In this document: in pieces, positions 1 through 8,800 of the stretch
How the letters are laid out: every line of letters begins with the position of its first letter
Position numbering within the stretch: the first letter of the stretch is position 1
NCBI GenBank assembly: GCA_001179505.1
Contig: CDMY01000879.1
Location: forward strand, 1-13,485
Direction of reading: 5' to 3'
From: Vitrella brassicaformis CCMP3155
Taxonomy: Eukaryota > Protista > Chromerida
Length of the DNA: 13,485 bases
The notes under the pieces: generated by a model
What the model was told of the DNA's origin: nothing
Database searches by the model: none
Seen by the model: only the letters and a program-made list of their open reading frames with translations
Translations under genes and position numbers: made by a program

Positions 1-346
1 CAGAGCTGGGTGTCCGGGGGCTGCGATGGTGGCGATGGCGATGCTGCGGCACCTGCTGGGCCTTGGCCTTGGTTTACGCATCTTTCCTGCCCATTGGCAC
101 ACAGTTGCGGCAGATCCTGTTGTTCCTCCTGCAGTCACAGTTCTTGCACTGGCCTCCGCGTGGGTTCCCTTTGCTGTTGCATGAGCAACAGGGAGCCGCG
201 GCGGCCGCCTCTGGTGCTGGCTGCGCTGCCGGAGCCTCGCCGTCTGCATCAGAGTCGTCTCCCGTCCTGAGTCCTTGATCTCGTCGCCGCCACAGAGACG
301 CTCTCGCCGACCGTTGGATCACTCTCGCCGCTGAGTCCTCATTCAT
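1..346 (-). mobile_element. Frameshifted intronless ORF with an N-terminal IQ-like motif and a CXC-like Cys-rich domain; possible 5' end of a CRE-clade non-LTR retrotransposon continuing beyond the left edge
   Basis: From ATG 346: MNEDSAARVIQRSARASLWRRR...CCSCNSKGNPRGGQCKNCDCRRNNRICRNCVPMG, then TAA at 76-74. Adding one G to the GGG run at 92-90 gives ...CVPMGQERCVNQGQGPAGAAASPSPPSQPPDTQL, open to the window edge and completing a C-x-C...C-x2-C-x-C-x5-C-x2-C-x-P-x5-C-x-N pattern. No introns or microsatellites here. RT/endonuclease are not visible, so the mobile-element call is inference. Confidence 0.4.
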
Positions 347-409
347 TTCCACCCACACCTCAAAGCTCTTAAATTATTGGTCCTTTTTGGCTATCGGCGC
401 TGCTCATAA

Positions 410-703
410 AAGGAGGCCCGACAGGCCGCTACGGAACTGATGAGGGAACTCCGGCGTCTGAATGGGAACGTGCAGGACATAAACATCCGGTGGAAAGGAC
501 TTCACTGGAGGGGGTACTGGGAGGTCGAAGTGAAGGGCTCGAGGACCACGGTGGCGGCGGCGTTGACGCCAAGGGAGATGGAAGAGGCGCTGTTGGTGGC
601 AGTCCAGCGCCGCAATAAGCTGGCGGCTCGATACGGCATCCCCCCCCTACAGCCGCTGCGTAAGAGGGCGATGAAAAGCCATTCGCCGCGACAGATTGAC
701 GAA

Positions 704-739
<36 letters not shown>

Positions 740-1747
740 TGCGCGTGTGGTGTTTGTTGATGTGAGCAGAGCCTGCCGCCGCGGAATCCGCCACTCCGCC
801 GCCGCCGCCACCGCAGCTGCCGCCCTCGAAGGCAGTGCGCATCGGTCCCCACCACCAGGTGTACGTCCCGCCTTTCTTCAACCCCATTCCCACAGAACCC
901 CCAGCGGTCCAGGCAACACTGTGAGCCAGTGGGATAGACAGAGAGACGATGCGTTCACTACAATGAATGTCTCACACACGCTAGAGCCGCCGATGTGTTC
1001 GAGACAGACACATGCACCGTGTAGCCTGCCCAGCCGCCCTGTATGGTTACCTGTCTGTGTCTGTGTATGGCCATTAGGGAGTGGCGCCCAGATTCCAGCA
1101 CGACCGACAAGGCGCGGACCGAGGACAGGTTCTCACGTCTCAAGAACGCCTCTTGTGGGCTCGTTTGTCTCTCGACCTGTCTGTCTGTTGTTCAGAATGC
1201 ATTGGTGCGACGGACGGGTGGGCTGCTGAAGGTTTGGAATGGCCCACCAGGTATGTCAGAAACAGACACCACACAGCATACACAACACGCCATGTCTGTG
1301 TGTGTTTATTGTTTGTGTTTGTGTGGTGTGTGTGAGGAATGGGAGTGCCATTTGTTGCGACAGGATGACCGGCCAATCCCACACCCATGCCAGTATCCCT
1401 TCACACCCCACAAGAAAGCAGCCAAGAGGGCACGAAGGAGACACGTGTGTGTGCCTGTTGTGTGTGTCAGGTTCCGACGACGATGGTGCACCCAACGATC
1501 TCCTTGATCGACTGCCGACGAAACCGAAGCGGAGGCCCATCATGCCACCCGGCCAGGAACAAGACAGCGCTGGTACGGAGACACAACAGCGATTGGCGCC
1601 TTGCCTGGCGTCTCCCACTCGCACACACTCTACGCCGTCATGGATTCGTGTAGTGGCTGGTTTGGACGAGGACAGGCGTGAGAAGCGGCTCAAGAGTTAT
1701 GGAACAAGAGGAAAACCAGGCACCTTCGAGTTCAAGAAAAATCCTCG
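410..1747 (+). pseudogene. 5' part of a multi-exon gene: AP2-like DNA-binding domain followed by an ELM2-like motif (5' end appears truncated)
   Basis: Phase-consistent GT-AG exons about 410-659, 770-858, 1078-1128, 1196-1250, 1471-1572, 1654-1747. Spliced: KEARQAATELMRELRRLNGNVQDINIRWKGLHWRGYWEVEVKGSRTTVAAALTPREMEEALLVAVQRRNKLAARYG (three-strand W-rich segment plus EEALLVAVQRR helix, AP2-like)...PPQLPPSKAVRIGPHHQGVAPRF...LLKVWNGPPGSDDD (cf. ELM2 IRVGxxYQAxIP...LVWxP). In-frame TAA at 407-409. Confidence 0.5.
1573..1648 (+). repeat. Intron sequence duplicated at 2602-2690 (copy 1)
   Basis: gtacggagacacaacagcgattggcgccttgcctggcgtctcccactcgcacacactctacgccgtcatggatt aligns with 2602-2689 with a few substitutions and one insertion of about 14 nt. 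Confidence 0.9.
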
Positions 1748-1824
1748 GTAAGTACTCGTGCGGGCAGCCGACGGACGGATGAATGACATTCACGCATTAC
1801 TCTTCTGTTCCTCTCTGTGCACAG

Positions 1825-2601
1825 AGGTCGCTGGCCGGCTGCCGGTCTTCCCCGTAAGCAGCTCCAAAGCGCTCGGCCATTGTTGTATGAACGGATCAGT
1901 ATGCGCTCTTTTTGTCTGTCTGTCTGTGTCTCGGCGTTCCTTCCCCTTCATTTCACACGCAGGTGGATCATTTTGATCAGCGCTGCCGCTCTGGGGAATA
2001 TCGTTGCCTACATTTTATATTTCGTGGCCCTTCTCGCTGATCTCCTCTATTCGCTGCCGCAACCACACTATGGCCAACCTCATCATGGCCAAAGGTGGGT
2101 GCACACCACACCCACACCACACGCCCCTCCGTAGTGTCCGCCGCACATTCGTGTTGATGTCTCGGGTTTGTCCAGCAGAGACGAACGATATATAATGCAG
2201 TTTCCATTCGTACGATTTCAATTGAAGGTCAGGGGGCTGCCAGCAGAGGTCCTCAAATGCTCCGGAGCCAGAAGGGAAAGCAGGCACCTCGGAGTCGATG
2301 GCCCAGCGGGACAAAGACCAAGACAACACGAGCGATGGCAGCAACCAACACGGCTTGCAGGAAGTCACGTGGTAACGACCCAATGCACAAGTGTGTGTGC
2401 TGAGCGGCAAGGGAGACATGAATGTGTGCGTCGTTTACAGGTATTCGTTTCGAGATGATATATGGGCTTGCGGTTCGCAGGTCGAGCTGATCCTCAAGAG
2501 CGGCAATTTGCCGTGGGTACACCATTACTCTCTTTATTCTCTGTGCGCAAAGGTCGCTCGCCGTGCGCTGGCCAGAGCGAAGGATGGGTACACCATTAGC
2601 G
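1825..2601 (+). pseudogene. Degenerate protein-kinase-like C-lobe exons with in-frame stops
   Basis: Exons 1825-1853, 1963-2094, 2176-2371, 2441-2601 join in phase with the upstream exons. They give IRCRNHTMANLIM (VIb-like), FHSYDFN (VII-like), NAPE (VIII) and WYSFRDDIWACGSQVELILKSGNLPW (IX) in kinase order, but with stops at 1974-1976, 2193-2195 and 2223-2225. Confidence 0.4.
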
Positions 2602-2690
2602 GTACGGAGACACCACAGCGATTGGCGCGTTGCCTGGCGTCTCGCACTCGCACACAACGCCACGCACACACTCTTTGCCGTCATGGATTT
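2602..2690 (+). repeat. Intron sequence duplicated from 1573-1648 (copy 2)
   Basis: gtacggagacaccacagcgattggcgcgttgcctggcgtctcgcactcgcacac[aacgccacgcacac]actctttgccgtcatggatt; similarity starts at the GT donor. Confidence 0.9.
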
Positions 2691-2715
2691 GCCGCCCTCT
2701 GTTTGTGGGGTGCAG

Positions 2716-4377
2716 TCCCGAGCGGCTCACGTCAAGCTGCCGCTGCTCGAGGAGGTGAAGGGCGTCCTAAACGAGGCGCATTTGTACCGCGAGAAAGTCA
2801 GGGAGGTCATGAGGCTTACGAGCTGCTCGTTCCGCGAGGACGACCCCACCAAGACACACGTCAACGCAAATCCAGCCAGCAAAGGTAGGTGACCATCCAT
2901 CCATCCCTCCACACAGGCCAGCGTCTGTGTGTGTGTGTGTGTATGTGTGTGTAGGCCACAAGGTGCCACTGGAGACTTTGCAGGAGCTGCTCATCCAGGG
3001 AGAGAAGCTGGCCATCTCGGTGCCGGAGCGGCAGTTTCTCAGAAACCAACTCAACGAGGTGAGGCAGGGCGGGATGGTGGGTGGATCAGCCAGCAGCTGC
3101 ACCGCAGTCACTCACCTCACCTGACGCGTGGTCTGGTCTGGTGTGGTCTGGTATGGCTCAGACGACGGCATCGGAGGAGATCACTCGCATGGCCGAGGAC
3201 GAGGAGAACCTTCCGCTTAGGGTCAAGCTCCACCTACCCACCAGAGATGAAGAGGTGGATGCTCCAGCTCCCGCGGTGCCCAAGGCAAAGGCAAAGGCCA
3301 AGGGGCCCAAGGCCAAGGCGTTAGCGCGCCCCACGCAAGACCAGGGCTGCTGCGGCTGCGGACGATGACGAGGAGGACCCCAGGAGGACTCACACTTCTC
3401 AGTCCCTCTCCTTTGCTTTCGTCTGGTTGGTCGCCTGAATGTTGGTTGGGGTTTCGTCTGGCGTTTTTGTCGTCCGTCCATCGATTCGTTTTTCGGCGTG
3501 TGTGTGTTGGAAGAACTATGAGGTGGGGTGGGATGTGTGAGTATGCGGAACGGATGGATGGCTCTCGTGTGTACCCCTCTTCTTTTACTTTGTCTGTCGA
3601 CTCCGGGTGTGGTCTTTTCTTCGCTTCTCGTCTTGCTTTTGCGGCGTGTTTGTATGTGTGTGTCTGTCTGTGTGTCTCGTTCGTCTTTTCTTCTTTTGGC
3701 CGCCGACCGCCCGCCCGCCCGCCCGCCCGCCCGCCCGACCGCCCGACCGCCCGACCGCCCGACCGACCGACCGATCGACCAGGCAGCTCAGCCGTCTCTC
3801 TGCCTGCCTCTCCTCTCGTGTGTTGTGTGTGCCTGACTGGGGGTTGGTGTGGTGTAACGGGGCCCCTTGTGTGTGTGTTTGTTTGTGTGGGTGGCGTGCG
3901 AAGCACCCACCTACGGGCAGGCTGCAGCAGCAGCAGCAGCTGGTGGTGCTGGTCGCCCTCGCCGCAAAGCCGCCCAGAAGCCCTCAGGTCAGAAACAACT
4001 TGCACACATGAACGCATCCGCCCACTCGTTGAATGACACCCGTATGTCCGTCTGTGTGTGTCTATGTTGATCGTTCAGCTGCTGCTGTTGTTGGTGAAGG
4101 TGAGGAGGATGAGGCAGCCGGCTGTCGCCGCGTCAAGAAGACGATCGTCAAGGCCAAGAGCAAGAGCAAAGCCAAGAGCAAGGCGAAGCCGAAGGCCAAA
4201 GGTGCGTGGAGATGGACAGGCTTGGGACCATACCATTCATTGGGTCGATGGATGGAGGGATGGAGGGATGCGTATCACTGCATGTGTGGTCTGTGTGGGG
4301 GTGTGGTGTCATTCATGTCAGCCGAGGCAAAGGCCTAAGCGAAGGCCAAGGCTAAGACTAAGGCCAAGGCCAAGTGA
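2716..4377 (+). pseudogene. PLU-1-like helical-repeat exons followed by a Lys/Ala-rich (histone H1-tail-like) C-terminus; disrupted
   Basis: Phase-consistent exons 2716-2884, 2955-3058, 3162-about 3368 give SRAAHVKLPLLEEVKGVLNEAHLYREKVREVM...GHKVPLETLQELLIQGEKLAISVPERQFLRNQLNE, similar to KDM5/PLU-1 repeats (LEELRELLxEAxxLPVxLPE). Further in-phase exons 3921-3987, 4079-4201, 4322-4377 encode AAAGGAGRPRRK...KAKSKSKAKSKAKPKAKAEAKA*AKAKAKTKAKAKAK*. There is a probable frameshift near 3320-3330 and a TAA at 4336-4338. Confidence 0.5.
3699..3780. repeat. Compound (CCGC)n/(CCGA)n tetranucleotide microsatellite
   Basis: ccgcccgcccgccc...ccgaccgcccgaccgcccgaccgaccgaccgatcgacc read directly. Confidence 0.9.
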
Positions 4378-4607
4378 CGATAGGTATACACGTCAGACAA
4401 AAGCACACGTCGACCGCCGCGTCTCATGCACTTATGTCTGTCTGTCTGTCTTCGCAATACGTGTGTGTGTGTGTGTCTGACATAGTGTGCCAGGACGAGG
4501 TCGAGTCGTGGTGGGGCGATGCAGAAATGGAGATGATGCCGACAAGTGTGCAGGTACGTATGCGTTTTGACTGCTGCACAGAGTCAAGGTGGGTGGGTGG
4601 GTGAGGG

Positions 4608-4907
4608 NNNNNNNNNNNNNNNNNNNNNNNNNNNNNNNNNNNNNNNNNNNNNNNNNNNNNNNNNNNNNNNNNNNNNNNNNNNNNNNNNNNNNNNNNNNNN
4701 NNNNNNNNNNNNNNNNNNNNNNNNNNNNNNNNNNNNNNNNNNNNNNNNNNNNNNNNNNNNNNNNNNNNNNNNNNNNNNNNNNNNNNNNNNNNNNNNNNNN
4801 NNNNNNNNNNNNNNNNNNNNNNNNNNNNNNNNNNNNNNNNNNNNNNNNNNNNNNNNNNNNNNNNNNNNNNNNNNNNNNNNNNNNNNNNNNNNNNNNNNNN
4901 NNNNNNN
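4608..4907. other. Assembly gap (300 N) with identical 34-bp flanks
   Basis: ctgcacagagtcaaggtgggtgggtgggtgaggg occurs at 4574-4607 and at 4908-4941. Confidence 0.95.
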
Positions 4908-4937
4908 CTGCACAGAGTCAAGGTGGGTGGGTGGGTG

Positions 4938-5092
4938 AGGGAGGGAGGGAGGGAGGGGGCACACATTCGCAGACGGACGTCTGTCCGCCTCTGTCCGTAT
5001 ATCCATCCATCCATCTCTGTCTGTCTGTCTGTCTGTCTGTCTGTGCACTCATTGTTGTGTAGATATCAGCGGCAAGAACGTGGTGGCCCTCG
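4938..5092 (+). repeat. Inverted copy of the 3' part of a USP intron plus the start of the next exon (source 7130-7292, minus strand)
   Basis: cacacattcgcagacggacgtctgtccgcctctgtccgtatatccatccat...(gtct)n gtgcactcattgttgtgtag|atatcag...gcaagaacgtggtggccctcg matches the reverse complement of 7130-7292 (…cacacattcgcagacgaacgtctgtccgtctctgtccgtatatccatccat…gtgcactcattgttgtgtag|atatcagtgcgataagtgctgcaagaaggtggtggccactcg). Confidence 0.9.
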
Positions 5093-5823
5093 ATTGCGCA
5101 AATCGCTGCTTGCATTTTATATTGGTTGACAGTTCACTATTTCGACCATGTACCTATGTGGACGATGAGAAAACCTTTACGGGAACAAAGTGCAAGTTGT
5201 GTAGGCAGGAATGTGTGTGTGTGTTGTCCCATGTGCAGTGGACCTCACGTGTTCTGATGTCGCAGTGGGCCCCATTTCATGTCTAAGTGGACATGCCTCG
5301 ATGAATGAATGACAAACTGAGATGGGGACGACTGCCTCTCTGTGTGTCAATTGAATGGGTCTGTCTGTCTGTCTGGTCGAGCACTTTGGGTGCCTCTGTG
5401 TGTGTGTCCCGAGGGGCACTCTGCCACCCGTCCGGCTGTCATTTCATTTCTAGTCAGTCAGTCAGTCAGTCACCTTGTCTCGCCCACACGACATGCCGCA
5501 CAGCGCCCACCCCCCAGTGCCAGCGCCCATCACCGCCCCTCTCCCCAGCTCAGACTCAGAGAGCGACAAGAGGAGCGGAAAAGGGCTAGCAATGGGCTGA
5601 CTGTGGTGGAAGGTGGTCGTGTGTGCATGACTTCCATCCAACGATCCAACCAAAACTATCACATCCATCCATCGTTGTGTCGCATTGCCCCCGCCCTCCA
5701 GCCATCCCCCACACACGTGCGTGAACTTTTGCCTCTCTACCCCTCACACATCATACATTAAAAATCGTACACGTGGCATTCACAAACAGTCACGGTGCAT
5801 TGAGGCACATGCACACTCCCCTC

Positions 5824-8800
5824 TCACTGCTGATTGGGTTGGGCGGCGAGGCGTCGGCGCATGGCCCGCGTCTGGACCTTGCCCCCTCTGTTGTCCTCGG
5901 CCGGCTGCTCCTCCCCTGCCTGCTTGCGCTTCTTGCTGAGCCTGGCCTGCTCAGCCTGCTGTTGCTGGTGGTTGGGCGGGGCGGCGAGAACCTGCTGGGC
6001 GGCGAGGGCAGGAGGCGACACACGAGCCTTCGCTGGCTTGCCCTTCGGCTTCTTGCCCTTCGGCTTCTTGGCCTTCTTGCTGATGGCCTTCTGGGTCTTG
6101 CTGGGCAGCTCGGGTCCGACCTCGGCCTTGCCCTTGCGGCCTGCGATGCGGCTGCTGTGCCGGATGGCGCCTTTGCCCTCCGCTGCCGCCTTGGCCTCGA
6201 TGTGCACGGCAAGCTCGTCCAGGCCGTTCTTGTCCTTGGGGCCGCCCTCAGCTCTCTTGCGCTTGGGGTTGGGGGCGTCTGGTTTGGCGCCGCGCTTCTT
6301 GTTGCGATTCATGTGTGGTGGTGCGGCTGCTGGCTGGGCCGGTGCGGGTGTAGGAGCAGGCGCTGGGGGTGGTGGCGGTGGCGGGGCGTCCTCGAGCATG
6401 GGGAGCGCAGTGGCCTTGAGGGTAGCTGGCTGCGTGTAAAAGGCCATGTAGGCCTGCATTGCACAGGCATTCAGAGACATACATTGAAAGAGAGAGAGAG
6501 AGAGAGATAGATGTTGATTGAGACCTTCCTCTCTCCCTCCTTGCCCTGAACCTCACCTGCTGTCCGAGGACGAACTGTAGGTCTACCTCACCAGCGGGCG
6601 CGCTGTCGTCGTAACGAAACCACTTGGCTGCACAATACATTCATCCAAAGAACGCGACATGGGAGCGAGCGAGACTCGAACAGCGAGAAGAGTTCTGGCT
6701 CACCTTTGCCTCCAACAAGCCTTCGGACGCACGCCGTGTAGTGGCCCCCCTTCAGGCTCCTGCCGTGATGCACGATCACCCCTGAGCGAATGATTCATTG
6801 CATTCGTACACACCACGCACGCATAAATAAATGAATCAATGAATGGGTAGAGAGATGGACGGTGACTAACTCTGTTCACATCCACCCTCCCACCCACCCA
6901 CCTGTGAGCTCGTGCGGTTCTGCCTCGTGGCCATCGTCGTCGACACGGTCGGTGTACGGCGATAAGTCGAGCTGCTCCTGCAGATCTACGTGGTCCTCGT
7001 TCTGCATAGGTGCATGGCCGCACTTGTACGCTTGGCACCGAGTGTGTGTGTGTGTGTACCTTGCCGAGCCCCTGGAAGCGCTTCAGGTGGAGTGGCAGAA
7101 GCTTTGGCGTCTCAGCCATGACGTACTGCCGAGTGGCCACCACCTTCTTGCAGCACTTATCGCACTGATATCTACACAACAATGAGTGCACAGACAGACA
7201 GACAGACAGAGAGAGATGGATGGATATACGGACAGAGACGGACAGACGTTCGTCTGCGAATGTGTGTCCCCTCCATCCCTCCCTCCCTCCCTCGGTCCGT
7301 CTCTTAGACCCTCCCAGGTGCGTGCATACATACTTGTTGTCGCCCGCCATGGTCTCCTTCTGGAAGAATGAGTGTATGCAGCCTCCGGCGTCGGCACCCT
7401 TGCCCTCACCCTCCCCCCCATCCCCAGTCAGATCAACAGCTTTCTTCTGCACACGGACGTGTGTGTATATGTGTGTATGTGTATGTATGTATGTATAGTA
7501 AGTATCTGCATACGCACCGGTATCTGGACCGATAGATTGAACATCTGCTCTCGTCGTCTCGTCACGTTCCCACACTCACAGCATGTCACCACCGACTCGA
7601 GGGCCCCTGACAAAGCCAGCAGACATAGACAGACAGACAGACAGACAGGACTCACTCACTGACTCACTGACTCACTGGCCCGTGAACGGATTCGCGAACT
7701 TGCCTACCTCCAAATATCTTCGACGCGGCGGTGCTAGTGGTCGTGTCCTTGCCGGCCTCCTTGAGTGTCATGTCTTTGGGGGCTCCACTGTTCCTCGTCC
7801 TCGCGAGCTCTTGAACTGCAGGCAGGCAGGAAGGCACACACACACACACATCCACTCATGTGTATCCGTCCAGATGTGTCTATCGTACTTGCCACGAGCT
7901 CCTGGTGGAGCGTCTTGAGGAGACACTCGATGGCCTCTGCGGCGTCCTCTTGAGTGCCCATCCCTGCAGGCAACGAAGAAGGGTATAGAGGGAGGCAAAC
8001 ACATCACATCATGTACTGATTGATTGCCTACTTCACATACCGAGGTGGTGGGAGGAGCGGACGAGGGTGCGATACATGCTCTCAGGGCGGAGGCACACCG
8101 TCGGGGCCTCTCCGGACGGTGTGGCCTTCTCCTGCTCCGTCTTGCCCCACATATATCTGCATACAGAAACACCACACACACACACACACAGACGAGACAG
8201 ACAGACAAGAGTGAGTGCATCCATCCATCCACAGATAAGTATGAGTACATGACTGCAGCAATGACTGCATTGAGTGGAGGGACATGTATGTTGCTCACGA
8301 GTTGAGCAGGACCGTTTCCCACAGCAGGGACGTCCTCGGGTCGGTCTGCAGGTCCCGATGCGAGGTCCCCTTGGGCAGCTGTGCCTCCCGCTCGTTCCTC
8401 TCTGTGTGTATATTTGCATGAATGGAACACACACACACACACACACACACAGACGCATACATGCGGTCACACGTGCGGAGAGAGAAAGAAAGGCTGGCCA
8501 GACACACGTGCACGTGTGTACCTACCTGTCAGTGACGGCACTGAGGCCTCATATCTGTCGATGATCTCCTCCTTGTGTGCAACAAGATATTCCATATCTG
8601 CAGACAGGCAGGCAGGCAGGGGAGAGAGTGGACGAACGAGTCCCTCCCTCATCAATTGATGAATGAATGAAGCTGTCTGCTTACTCTGGATGAGGTTGGC
8701 GGCGAACGGCTGCACACGCATGATCTCCTGCAGGCTGGCGTTGAGGTAGCAGCCGTTGCCGGTCACATTTTCGAGCACCGTCCGTGGCCACTGCAGGCAG

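Noticed and set aside
361-460. HDV-like ribozyme at the putative retroelement 5' end (minus strand) or hammerhead core CTGATGAG at 437-444
   Set aside because: A P3-like CUC/GAG stem can be drawn, but P1 needs a bulge and I found no convincing P2 or catalytic C; there is no GAAA partner for a hammerhead. An Infernal/RNArobo search would settle it.
2514-2598. 14-bp direct repeat tgggtacaccatta (2514-2527, 2585-2598) as a target-site duplication
   Set aside because: It is real, but the 57 nt between the copies have no terminal repeats or poly(A), so an insertion cannot be supported.
3223-4036. ORFs 3223-4017(-), 3365-4036(+) and 3607-4011(+) with PPARPPDR/GGRAVGR repeats
   Set aside because: These are translations of intronic (CCGC/CCGA)n and (GT)n microsatellites.
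74-4338. Non-standard genetic code (TAA as sense): TAA interrupts coding-like frames at 407, 2193 and 4336 while the intact genes end in TGA
   Set aside because: About 1,080 codons of the intact USP and PrsW models contain no in-frame TAA/TAG, and in-frame TGA stops and frameshifts occur in the same region. Pseudogene decay explains it better.
4424-5062. ORFs spanning the N run
   Set aside because: Artefacts of translating N as X.
5080-5286. ORF fragment CTYVDDEKTFTGTKCKLCRQEC as a second USP zinc-ribbon exon
   Set aside because: Only a CxxC and vague spacing match; there is no nucleotide similarity to the USP beyond 5092.
5773-6510. Long ORFs 5773-6510(+), 5834-6439(+) and 5790-6212(-)
   Set aside because: Antisense or alternate-frame shadows of the GC-rich last USP exon.
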